Origin: Podarcis erhardii
Lineage: Eukaryota
Length of the DNA stretch: 64,000 nucleotides
Assembly: GCA_964252035.1 (NCBI GenBank)
Contig: CAXUOO010000145.1
Reading direction: 5' to 3' (one strand)
The position numbers and the translations under genes are program-made. The notes beneath the pieces were generated by a model, which worked only from the letters and a program-made list of their open reading frames with translations, was not told the DNA's origin and made no database searches. This document shows positions 13,641 through 25,602 of this stretch, piece after piece; the stretch's first letter is position 1; every line of letters begins with the position of its first letter.

Positions 13641-14939
13641 AAATGAGTAATTTTTACCTGTATGCTGGCAGATGTACTCTCAAATTGTGTTTTGATAAAA
13701 ATTGTTGTGTGCACGCGGTTATTTCAACTCTCAACAAATATATATGTATGAGTCTGCTTTGATGATGGTCTATATTGTGACTGTCAAAAAATATTTCAAA
13801 TTTCGGAAGGCACTCACTTTGATGGATTGTATGCTTTGTGACAAGAAACAGATATCAGTGTGTATTATCGATGAATCCACCCTTATCCGTCTAGAAGCAG
13901 AAGGAATTTTGCTGTTCTAACACTTTGCGGTAAAGCTGCTATGTAAGCTGAGACGACGACAGTGTGTACACAAAATCAGAGAATAATAACAGCGGTTCTC
14001 TGTCAGTGCAAATTCACACACAGAACATGTCGTGGTTGAACTTTTTTGTGCTTTTGTTGAAAGAATTCTCTTGTGGAAACAAGGGGGATTGAATCTAGCA
14101 GTTCCACTGAATTTACGCTTACCGACAAACATAAGATTCCAATCGTCTTAGAGAACACCGTAGCAAACTGATTCTGGTGAATTCATTATATCATCTTCAG
14201 CCCAAAAATGTGTCTCCATTTAGTATTCGACTGTATTTAACGGTTCGAAAATTCAAGAACGCTCCCTTTTTTTCCATTTTCTTCAACGTTGCTGCTACAT
14301 GCCGCTAAGTTGTTCAGCGTTACCAAGACGCCATTTTGCGGCGAATTAGAACTGGCTGAGATTCCGCACCGCTTGATAGAGCATCAACATTCTCAAATAC
14401 GACTTTCAGAGCAGCTCTTACCACGCAACGCAAATTTGTCTACTGTCAAAGTGTCGGAACAGAGAGTCGAAGAATTCTTCAACGACGCTTGCCTCTACAT
14501 ATGCATGATTACATATATATATACATATATCTATTATAATGAAAATATGCATTATAATATATATATGAATACGCATATATACGTCTTTCTCTGATGAACA
14601 CATCGTGAAAAACCTTCTCCAATTCCACGGTTCAGCACTATCTAACGCTGATTTGCTGCGGTTCGTCCTCTCAGCCGCTCCGCACTGCGAATCCTTACAT
14701 TTTTGTTGCCTTTTGCGTCCCTTTCCCGTATTGTACGACTCTATGAATGCGTGTCTTCTCCGCATATAACATTCCTCTTCATATCTCCTGTATTCGCAAG
14801 TAAGAAACTGATTCATCGACACTTTACGCTCCTCTCCGGTGCCAAACCAACGTACGCCACCTTTCAACTATCCCAAACTTGCTTGTCTGCATGACAGCCA
14901 AGCGTTACACCGTCTGCCCTTCAAGCACCCACACGGCTG

Positions 14940-15104
14940 CACTCTGTCCTGCGCACGCGTCTACGTAAATGAAAAGCTACTTCTCTATGCACAGCATCAG
15001 CAGAACGCCATGTTGTCTCTCTTCACTCTGTTCTGCGCACGCGTCTACGTAAATGAAAAGCTACTTCTCTATGCACAGCATCGGCAGAACGCCATGTTCT
15101 CTCT
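14940..15104. repeat. Tandem duplication, 84 bp x2, just downstream of the RPL17 stop codon
   Basis: ACTCTGT(C/T)CTGCGCACGCGTCTACGTAAATGAAAAGCTACTTCTCTATGCACAGCATC(A/G)GCAGAACGCCATGTT occurs at 14941 and 15025. Confidence 0.92.
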
Positions 15105-15125
15105 TTGTTAACAATTTGAAGTATT

Positions 15126-18100
15126 CTATTGTTTAGCTGCGCTAGGTCCGCCAACGCGCACACGGCTGCGTGCGAGCGCCTTCTTGGTCAGGCGGATAGT
15201 CTTTGCTTTCGCACCCTCCACGCGTGGCTTCTCCACAGGCTTATCTTCTTCCCGCAAGATCACTTCTATATGACAAGGTTTCGACATGTACGGATTGATT
15301 CGCCCGTGAGCGCGATGTGTGCGACGTCTTCCTTTAGGAGCGCGATTCACCTGCATGTGCTCGATTACCAAATTCTCGACGTCCAAATTTTTCACCTGTG
15401 AAAAATAAAACTCAATCAGAGATAGTCTCCGGATTTTTTGGACATATGCCACACGCAGTAGTTGAGCAGGTATTGTTTCGACTGCAAGAATGTCGAAAAC
15501 ACGCGTGCGTGTTATATCATATGCGTATATGCAAAGCGGTGTGGCGCAGAAAAGCCTCTTCAACTAGCAAGAGAGCATCAGATATGCAATAAAACTCAAA
15601 CAAGCATCTACATTCATTATAAAACTGTAGAAGTCCAGGAATGGTCGAAAAGAATATTTAGAACATGATGAAAAGTCACGGAAATAATATAATGATTAAT
15701 TATATACGCTCTAGTTCAAAAATGTGTCGGTAGGCCAGGCTTGCCTCTGTAATATATATATATTATATATATATATATATACTTCACATACGATAACGGT
15801 ATATGTGTGCAGCTCAGATGAAAAAAATTTGCAAATACAAAGAAAGCTCAGAAAACCCCGCAAAGAAAATTCCTACACAAATAAATATGTATATATATAT
15901 ATATATATATAAATATAGGATGTGCAAAGATGTAGCTGACTTACTACAAAGAAAACGAAGAAAAACTGTATGAAATTAACACAGGCGCCGCAGCTACACC
16001 AGGAAATCTATAACAGGCCAATTCCAACAACACAAAAGATTAAATTTATCATTCTCAAGAGACCAGTGCAAAGTATTCAAACCTACGTCTTTTTATTGAC
16101 GTATAGGCAAACGTGAGTAACGGATTGAGGAATATCACCAAGCTAGCCCGCAGCCTCAAGAGCAATGGTCATGGGTCGATAGCGGATACCCAAGAATATT
16201 CTACGAAAACATACTTCTGCGTTTGATTCTGCGTTTTTCAGAAGATCGAGCACAATTTTGCAAGATTTGACAGGCCAGCGGCCCTGTGTGTGTTTGAACT
16301 GTTTCGCCTGAGCAGTGCGTCCGCAACAGCCGTGAAATTTTCTGAAGGGAATGCAACGCTTTTCTCCAGTACGTCTTCAAGATACCGTTTCGCAGCAGAC
16401 AGCTTCATAGGCTTCCCCTTTTTGTCGAACCGTATTGCCTGGACGGTTTCGTGCGTGTTCTGCAGCAACCACGACCATCAAATACAGCACTAGCATTACA
16501 ATAAGGAACAGCGTGGCAGAAGGCGCAACAGCGGCCCATATACATCAGCAATAGCGGTAAAAATATGGGTAAGAAGGAAATACAACAGAAGAAGACGAAC
16601 AGTAAAAGCCGCAGCAGCAGTATCCGTCTGAAAATCCAGACGGCGACAGTGGCAGCAATGAAAGTTTCCAGCCATGTTTAAATAGATAGATTGAGTCCCT
16701 GCAGCAGTCCATCTACACCTGTCTGCGTTATACATAACATGACAGCAGCGCTGCGCATTGCATAGTGAAATGCACCTTTTTAAATTGCCGAACGCTTTGC
16801 ATTACCTTCTGTTGAAATGCACACGGAGGTCTTGGCCGAACGCTTTGCAGCCTGAATGTGACAAACATCACAATAATTCACTCTTTGGCGCATGAACGCG
16901 TGAATTCGGACGTGCCTACGCTTGAGGAACATACCACAAACGGAGTTTTACTAACGCACACGTACGCTGGCATAAGCATCTGATAATGCAATAGACGTCA
17001 ATCACAGAAACCTAGAATGCGACCCGCTGCTCATAAAATGTAACTCTCCAACATGGAGACCGACACATTTACAACACAGCAAATCCTGCACATGGACCGC
17101 ACCATCTCTGCAAGAAAAAGTACAGTGCAAGGACAAACGGCGTATGAACAGATACCCAAGAATTTCAAAATGATTTCAATTGAATGTAATCATCTTGACA
17201 CAAAATGTTCTCTATTTTATGCTGCAGTTAATGCTTTGCATAGATTCTTGAAAAGCAATTATGAAAAACTTGAGGACAAATCGCTTTCTCAGAAACGCTT
17301 TCTGCACGAATACGTGAAGCAATGGGAAGATTGCAATTGCGAATACAGATGCAGAGTCTTGTGATGGTATATAGAGACGTGATGGCTTGTATAGAAGTTA
17401 AAGTACAAAATATAGTGCTTGTCTGCTGTGAAGACATGAGCTCATACGAGTAAATTGAGAGATAATGCTACAGACCTTTCAAAACCATTTACTCATAAAT
17501 GCTTACGCTTTGGTGTACAGATATGCGTATGTAAGCACACATATACGGTATAGACATAAATTCCACATAATGTCTTATAGACACAACATACAAGAACGCG
17601 AATTATAAAAAGAATGAACTTTAATGAGGTTAACGGAGAAAATCAATGTCTGTCGCAAACGACAATATACTATTGAGTAACCGGTTACACGTGATGCTGA
17701 ACCAATATGGAACTCAGAGGTACAAGCTGAGCAATCGTGGGAGAGATACTTGAACGAAGAAAAACCAATGAGGAATGGATTGTATTTTTTCGCTTGCTCC
17801 AAAGAAACGCGCACATACACGAGAAAAGACACCAGAGACGTAACTATAAAACAAGACGAAGCTCCAACCTATTCGCATTCAACACTGCAGAGTAAACGAG
17901 CGTCGACCGGCTTATACACGTTGAAACCTGATAATAACTTTAACGCCAAGAGATCTCGCTTATTCGAATCGTTGGACTGTGCACGTCTGATCTGCATGTA
18001 TTGATCACCAATAGTGCATACCAAAAGAGCATACAGTCTAGCGGTCTGAAATGCTCTTCTGTCAAGACGAACTTAAAGCGTTTGTTTTGCTAAAGCCACT

Positions 18101-18267
18101 ACCGCATGCAAAAAGTACACGGAAATAGTTTATTCAATCGCCAGATTGTGTGGGGCTGTGCGTTGAAAAAAAAATTTTTAATAATTTTTATGAAATGCTC
18201 CCCCTTTTGGGCGAAAGGCCTACGTACATCGGTTGGTGGTAGAAGGCTCCTTGGAATACTTCACCAT
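15126..18267 (-). CDS. RPL17: 60S ribosomal protein L17 (uL22), 4 exons, frame broken twice in this assembly
   Basis: Exons: 18267-18228 ([13 protein letters not shown], donor GTACGT), 16851-16806 ([12 protein letters not shown]), 16459-16215 ([33 protein letters not shown][K][48 protein letters not shown]) and 15395-15126 ([47 protein letters not shown]...). All introns are GT-AG. Exon 3 is 245 nt, one base short at the 4-base run 16360-16363. Exon 2 ends in phase 2 but exon 3 starts in phase 0. Confidence 0.96.
16766..16849. repeat. Imperfect direct repeat: RPL17 exon 2 echoed at the start of intron 2
   Basis: On the + strand, TGAAATGCAC occurs at 16766 and 16813, and GCCGAACGCTTTGCA occurs at 16787 and 16835 (offsets 47 and 48). 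Confidence 0.85.
17150..17494 (+). pseudogene. Possible decayed cullin N-terminal fragment, antisense within RPL17 intron 1 (tentative)
   Basis: ORF 17053-17364 contains [41 protein letters not shown]. After frame shifts the sequence reads [15 protein letters not shown] (17352) and [12 protein letters not shown] (17459). These are colinear with recalled cullin motifs: CUL3 'KLYTGLREVVTEHL...SLNNNFLQTLNQAWND' and 'QTAMVMIRDILMYMD', and CUL4 'GLELFRTHII'. Confidence 0.25.
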
Positions 18268-19158
18268 TTTTTACCGGCGTACTTTGTCCCAGCAGCCGCT
18301 TCACAACGCTGATAAGCCTCCCACACGCGGCCGCAGTACAACTATTAAAAAAGCAAGGAGGCCAAGTAAGCAAAACTTTGAGAAGTCTTTAAAATTTAAA
18401 GGAATCCAGCCGCTGGACATTGAGGGGGTCTCCTCGATAGCATGCATAATAGGCAGGGAATGTACTATCGGATGTTACGTCGTGAGGGAAGCAGCAGCTT
18501 CCACCTCTAGCAGGAACGTCACGTGTCCAACAGCTGCTGCCGCTTATTTACGAACATGCTACACAGGCGGTGTCCCCGCATGCGCTACAGTAGCAGCACA
18601 GAACATTTTCATAATACTGCAGCACGAGCAGCAGAGTTCATGAAAACTTAGCAAGAAAATGGCTTTTGATGTGAATCCAGTCAGTAGCTGCAGTTGGGAT
18701 ATCCCCTATGTAGCTGTTGTTTGGGCGGCTGCAACGCCAACGCGCTTGTTCGCGCGTATTATCGGCAAGAGCGCACTTGACACCAGCACAAACATCAGAG
18801 AAAGTGAGTGGTAATGATTGGAGGGCGCAACGCTCCGACTTGAAAGCTTTCTCGGACGTATATACTGCCAATTTTTGGTGAAAATTTGTACGTAGAAGCA
18901 GCAACTGTGTTTTTCAGTTGCTATGAAAGTCAGCATTTGGATTGAGATAGTGCGCTTTGTTTCTTTCGCCTTTCTTGACATCTGCAACGGTACCTGAGAG
19001 CGATCCGCGGCGCCGGTGCTATAAAACGACGTGCACAGTGAGTCAAGAGTAAGACAGCGAGTGCCACGAAAACATAATTGAGATACACTGGCAGAGAAAT
19101 GCCACTTACAGCTTACTATCCGATGATAAACGACTTAGTGCTCTTATACGACTCCAAA

Positions 19159-19204
<46 letters not shown>

Positions 19205-20353
19205 TACACATATATATGATGTATGTATGGATGTATGATAATATTAAGTTTTTCCTCAAGCAGTTTCTGCGATGTATCTTCAACTTCACTCTTTCTCAAA
19301 TCACTTCAAAAATTTTTATTCAGAGTAAAGGACTAGCAAACCTCTCGAGGGTCACTGCGTGGCCTATATGGTATATCAAGTTTGTAGCTTATTTAATACC
19401 ACCTGAGCAGTTCACTCGAGCATACCTTCACACAAATTCAATGCATTGAGAAGAAGCGAGGCGCGTAGGGATTCTTTAGGAGAAAAAGTGGGTTTATATA
19501 CGAGTACGTGTACATGTATACAGGTCTTTGTGTGCAGCAACTGGAAAAGCAGCTGAACTTGGACGATAAAATGGGTCCTGATGAATTACATAAAAGGAGT
19601 GAGTTGGTATGTCCAATGTCACATCATATGTATACGTGTGTGACTGTGTACCGATTACATGGTCGAACTAGGGTGGAAGGATCTACAGAGCTCGAGAAAT
19701 GGTCGCTACCATTTCTTGCACTGTGGTTCTCTAAACTACACCATACATATGTCTGTTGATACTTATATGAACTACACCTACATTATTACATACACACTTA
19801 CCCATGTACAGCACCAAATATTCAGTAAAAAAAAGTTTTCGTTTCTATAGCATGGAAGATCCACTTATCAATAAAAGGGGGGTCCGAGCTTTTCGAAAGC
19901 TCTCTTTGAGTTCCTGATGCAAATGGAGTAATTATGCGCTCAATTGCATTGCAAGGCGAACAGGGAAGGAAAGGCCGCATCGTTAGTCTGCTCTCTGAAG
20001 AAAATTCAGTTTATCATTATGGGAACTTTGAGTTGGAAGAGAAGGCCCATGGTACAGCTGAAGCCTCATCCATTTCGTCACAAAACAAAGTCAGAGGTAC
20101 CTCACTGAAAGCCCGTGCAATGTAGACCGTAAATGCTACATACGTTGAACGTGAATATATAGCTCAACAGGTCCTTCAAATTACCACATCATCATTAGCT
20201 AGAGAAGAGCAGAAAATTTTGCGTGGAGCACCTTTTTTGAACTGCATAGCGCACCTCCAAATACAGATTAAAGATAGAGAAAAAACATTCTTCCTAGCCC
20301 TGGCCTGCTTTAAGGAAGTATATTTGAAGACAAATATGAATAAAGAAACCTAC

Positions 20354-20395
<42 letters not shown>

Positions 20396-20698
20396 GGTTT
20401 TACGTGTAAGCACATTTTTGAGCAATCAAAGCGGAATTGAAAGTACATATCATCAATACATTCTCTTTGTGTCATTCAAAAAGATTGCATCTGTATACGT
20501 ATATCACGAGCTGATATATCTAAGTCTATGGAACAAAATCATGAGACTCACATCTCCACGTAAGAATACCCATGTACCCATTGCAATCAAAAGTTGTAAT
20601 TATTTGTTCCAAAACTACATACATCTATGGTAACTAAATATGCACATTGCACTCGTTTTAGTTTATAGTTTTGCACCCTTCCAAAAAAATGTATATAC

Positions 20699-20750
<52 letters not shown>

Positions 20751-20922
20751 ATATATGCATTTGTACAATCATTGTCTACACAATCGTATGCAAGCGAGAA
20801 CTCACTTTCGTGAGAGTAGCCGTCCAAGTCTTTCTGCCTACTCGATTGAATAACGGCGTTAACCTCACGTAAGTCTTGGCACTGTGTGCCATCTCGACCA
20901 CCACAACATAGCACGTACGTGT

Positions 20923-20964
<42 letters not shown>

Positions 20965-21538
20965 GTAAACGCGTACATAACGCTGAGAAGTTTCAGTAGA
21001 CACTGGATAATACGAATAAGAAGCGTCTTTTCTAGCGTTGCGAGATATTGCGAAGTCGTTTAGATTCTCTAAAAAATATAGGGTTTTTGTATTAGTGATT
21101 TAGCTGAAAAAATCTGGTGGCGATGCTGAACCATCACAGTGTAGATTCAGCGTACGTAAGAAATTCAGGAAGACGAATAATGAAGCGAGACTAGCGTCGT
21201 GCCAAGTGCTGAAAAAGCAGAAATCCTTCTGACATCACCAGAATTGCTAAAGATACAAAAGCATAAATTGCTGTGCTTGCTGTCGGAATATCGATCCGTT
21301 GATGACAGTATTGGTACCATGATCCTCATATCTTGCAATTATGTGTGCTACCGTGTAGAGCTTGGTGCACAACTGCTTTCTTTAGCGCAAGGGGGAAACA
21401 CATAGAAAATATTTTTACGTAGGGTATCTCCGACATATACGTCATCGTATCTGCGTTTTTTTCAATAACCGCCTACTATGTAATTGAAGTTTCATTGTGG
21501 ATGTGCACACGTCAGGCTATGTGTACAAACATTTGCGA

Positions 21539-21573
<35 letters not shown>

Positions 21574-22451
21574 TACATATATATCAAATATGAAAATTTT
21601 TACAGTCACATGTGGATATGCATTTTATATTATATGCGTAAGAAGTGGTAATGTAGTCACTACTTTATTGGCTGTGCGCACAAAACGGAGCCACTGTGCT
21701 GTTGCTGCAGTTTCCGCGTATAAGCCGGTGTCCGTCTTACTCAAAATGGCCCCGCCATCGAAAAATCTAGAGAAATTGAAGGAACAGAACATTTTACGTC
21801 GATTTTAATGTCAGAAGTTCTTGTCATTCAGCAGAAATTGGTGTAGACTGGCTCTTCTCCTTTCAATATAAGCAGCTTTTGAGCACGAGATCACTTACAA
21901 AATACACAAAATCTTTCTCCAGTGCCCTTTTCGGTTCGGAGAGATATACTTGTGCAGGAAAGCTGACTGTGCTGCATCAAATTCAATATGCTACCGGATT
22001 TCTTCGTTTGCTCTGAATCCTCCGCGGATGCTGCTATGGTTAAAATTACCTTTCACGAGCATGACCTTGTCACCAAGCAATATAGAAAACACTGCTTTCC
22101 CTCGAGTTATTCTACTTCTCATTGAAAACCGTTTTTTTCTTTTTTTTACGTGTTCAGCATATCTTCGGGTTGTAGCACCCGGTTAAAAGTCGTAAATTCG
22201 TGTAGGGCAAAGTGGTGAAGTCGCGCCTCTCTTTTGTAAAACGGGTGTAGCCATCCTATTCATCCAGCAGCGTCATACCTACTTCTGCCTCCATTGTAGC
22301 AACCGAAAAAGTCAAGAAAAGTTTATCAACAAGAAGAGAAAGCGACCGCCGACGAGTTGACCATATGCACGAGTTAAGGACTTTGCTGTGACACCTAGCG
22401 CAATAGGAATCACTGTGTCGCTTCTTCAGTTCATTGTTGCTTTTCGCCGAA

Positions 22452-22964
22452 ATGAACAGCCACCCCATTGCTCCTTTTTCACGGTTCCTAAGCAGTTCTC
22501 TTCCTTTTCAGTTTCTGCGCCTTTCTGGATCTCGAAAGGGCGGCAATCACTTGTATTTGGGGCGCTACCACGATTTCAATCAATGGGAGTACTTGCCTCA
22601 CCCGAAACTTCAATTAAGTGGAGCAATAAAGCCTGTAGGTTCACAAAACTTTAATGCTTTCGGGAAAGAGTTGCGAGGGAGTGGTTTGCACGGTCCAGAA
22701 AACGGCGAATTTCTGCGGCTGGCGCTATGGAATCGTCTGCGTCAGCGTGGCCTTCGCAGAGAAGTGCCTAGTGTCGAACAAATGCGTGAATATGTGCGCA
22801 TGGATATCTCGCTTATGTGGCTGTGCTGGGGATTCTTGTTGTTCATGTATCCTCTTGCATGGTACGGAAGAAAGTACGCGGCGGAGCACGGCCACTACCC
22901 TTATGCGCCGTCTAGGACGGATGGATCTCGAGGAGAGGGCGCCTTTTGGTGGTTTGTCGAATGA
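22452..22964 (+). CDS. Single-exon 170-aa protein with one predicted TM helix; possibly a mitochondrial respiratory-chain accessory subunit
   Basis: Uninterrupted high-complexity ORF: MNSHPIAPFSRFLSSSLPFQFLRLSGSRK... The N-terminus is R/S/F/L-rich and lacks acidic residues, like a presequence. A hydrophobic segment ISLMWLCWGFLLFMYPLAWY precedes an aromatic C-terminus (GAFWWFVE). Identity is not established. Confidence 0.7.
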   Translation: MNSHPIAPFSRFLSSSLPFQFLRLSGSRKGGNHLYLGRYHDFNQWEYLPHPKLQLSGAIKPVGSQNFNAFGKELRGSGLHGPENGEFLRLALWNRLRQRGLRREVPSVEQMREYVRMDISLMWLCWGFLLFMYPLAWYGRKYAAEHGHYPYAPSRTDGSRGEGAFWWFVE

Positions 22965-23432
22965 GACAACAGAAGTTTCTTTCTTGCCGGTGGTCGACAA
23001 AGAAAGAGAGTTCATGGAACGACCTTCCTATAAAATGAAGCGTAAAAGGCGTGTTCATTCTCAAACAAACAATTGAACAAGAACAGAATACGGCCGACTT
23101 TGGTCGTATGGCTAAACGGTGAATCTGTTCTTTAGTCAGCCGAATATGAATTAGGTATACAAATGCATGTTGATATGCATATAGAGTCTTTTTACACGAG
23201 GAAGATTAACGAGAAAAATGTGTGTTGACGCAGTTTTCCTTTCAATTATGTATGCATACATCTAATGAATTCCTGCCGACGAGTAGAAGTCACCAGTTGA
23301 TGCGTATCAGAAATTCTTTGAAGTCGGCTGGGTATGCGTATGTCTGTATGCTGGGATGGAGACGTTGGGGCCCACATAAATACCAGAATACTATTCTGCA
23401 TGCTCCAGATGAGGAAAGGAATAGCTGAGGAA

Positions 23433-23882
23433 TAAGCTGCTGCTTGCATACTTTTGGATGATGATACATCGTCGGACAAGGGGCAATAACGTTGCGACAT
23501 TAGTGTATGCCGATGAATATATGCATACGGGCATACCTATATGCGCGTCTACAATTTCATTAGCCAGTCCGTGAGTATACACTGGGTTCTGGGAGGTGAG
23601 AGACATTTTGGGGGGGTGAAAGAAAGAGTAAGTGGTGTCGGAAGAAGCATATGCAATTAAGCTGCGGCTTGCATACTATAGGATGATGATACATTGTTGC
23701 ACTGGGGCAGTAAGGTTGCGGTATTAGTGTATGCCGATGAATATATAAATACGGGCACACTATATGCGCGTCTACATTTTCATTAGCCAGTCCGTTAGTA
23801 TACACTGGGTTAGAGGGGGTGACAGACATTTTGGGGGGGGTGAAAATAGAAAGAGTTAATGGTGTCGGAAGAAGCATATGCA
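23433..23882. repeat. Tandem duplication, ~225 bp x2, diverged
   Basis: Copies start TAAGCTGC at 23433 and 23658. Shared blocks include GCTTGCATACT, GGATGATGATACAT, ATTAGTGTATGCCGATGAATATAT, CTATATGCGCGTCTACA, TTTCATTAGCCAGTCCGT, AGTATACACTGGGTT and TGGTGTCGGAAGAAGCATATGCA. Confidence 0.92.
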
Positions 23883-25602
23883 GTTCTTTAGCCCGTCTCT
23901 AGCGTATATATATATATATATATATATATCTTTGCGTACATACCTTTTACTGGTCTGCGTCGCGTCCTGTAGATTATGCTATTGGAAATTGAATGTGAAT
24001 GGCCGGTTCTTTCCCTATTCAGTATGCAACTGATCTGAAAGAACCTCTTTGCGACTTCATGGCAGTCAGCTGTCGTGGCCTTCATAGCTGTTCGGGTCAT
24101 GACAAAAACGATGCAGTAGGCTGAAAGGTTAATGGACGCCATCTGGAGCAGATGTTGTCCTTCAACAAAATGTTCGATATCTTTTTCAACTCACTGCATT
24201 TTTCTTGAAAAGTTTGGCTTTTGAGCTAAAAAATAAGTTTGATCTCATATTCGAAAAAGAGACTTTCGTATGTGAACATGTATATATATATATATATATA
24301 TAAATTTTTATATATATCAATGAGAAAGGCCCTGACTTTCAAAGCAATTTGTGATCTATTACTATGTATATACGTACATGTATTAAAGCTCTCTCATCCG
24401 CATATAAAGATGCTGCGCTGACAGTCTATTTGCAAAAATTGGACATATATAAGCTCTAACCTTATCGCGCGCTCTTGACCGTGTGTAACCCCTACGGTGA
24501 AGAATGTGGCTTGCACGCGCAATTCTCTTTTTCGACACACAGTGCGAATTTGCAACGCTTGGACTGATAACGTAACTTTCTCACTAAAATTAGCGCTGCA
24601 CTTTCTTATCCTGGTAATATCGCTTCCCTCTAGCGGTCAGTATTACCTAACAGGCTACATAGAAAATCTGTGAACACAAGCATAAGCTAATCTACCACAC
24701 ACGCTTGGAAGTTGGTGCAGCTAGATTGCAGCAGTGTGTAAACATTACGTTACAACTTAAAAAATCTGTGACCACTGGCATAAAGCAATCTACCACACGC
24801 TCTCGAGTTTTGTTGTGCCCTAAATACTGTAAGTAATGCGTCAGGAATTACCTTGGTCACAGTTTAGTATAAGTATACCAGCGCAAGCTGCATTTTTTCT
24901 CGATTGTTCATTGATGGATCTCTTTTTGGATAGATTGAGCGCTGTTCCTCCACCTTGAGGCCTAGAGGGACTTTATGCCTCGACTCAGAGTCTACTTTCA
25001 CCTAAGGTTTGATGTACGCTTAATATACGCCTAAGAGGAAAAAATGGTTTGGTTGGCGACGAGATTTTTGACTGTGCACATTCATACTGAAGTGGACGCT
25101 TTTACAAGATAGCAACATTATGAATCATTTAGTTACGTGTACACCTGTGCTCTTAGTCAATTCGTGTGCGTACAAAAGCGTGGCACTATTGATAAACTCC
25201 AGTTGAGCAGGAAAAGAGCTAGCACATGATCAGTCAAGGAAAATATCACGATGTTGGGTTTTGAACAAGATCTTTTTCATGATAAAAGAAGACATGGTTG
25301 TACGAAGTCTGGACGGTGACGGTAACGCATGTGAAAAGGTTCTACGACTTTAACGACGGAGCCGCGCATTCTAATAAACGAACTAGCAGATGTGAACATC
25401 AGGCTTACTTCAATTCTGATTACATCGGGTTTAAGTAGAGCACGTAGTTCCTCAATCCGGTCTGCAATTCTCTCATTTATATCTGAGAGGCTTAGCATCG
25501 TCGCCTGTGATATGGTAAATTTCAATTATGGAAGCGCGCTTCTGCCTTCATACTTACACTCGGGGACGTAGGTTCTGCTGGTTGTTCGTAGGATCACCTA
25601 AC

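Noticed and set aside
15396-18227. Intron-hosted snoRNAs in RPL17 (U58-type hosting is known in vertebrates)
   Set aside because: No sense-strand box C/box D pair was found by eye in the three introns. A covariance-model search (Infernal/Rfam) would be needed to exclude them.
19078-21003. ORFs rich in YIYIYI
   Set aside because: They are translations of (AT)n microsatellites, not proteins.
21716-21729. Toxoplasma ribosomal-protein promoter element (TRP-1/RPE-like CGGCTTATA); weaker GGCTTAT match near 18311
   Set aside because: These are only 7-9 nt partial matches, expected by chance in 64 kb. The better match is ~3.4 kb from the RPL17 start.
23458-23700. Box C/D snoRNA pair in the 225-bp duplication
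   Set aside because: A box C-like ATGATGA is present, but there is no CTGA box D or terminal stem at a suitable distance.
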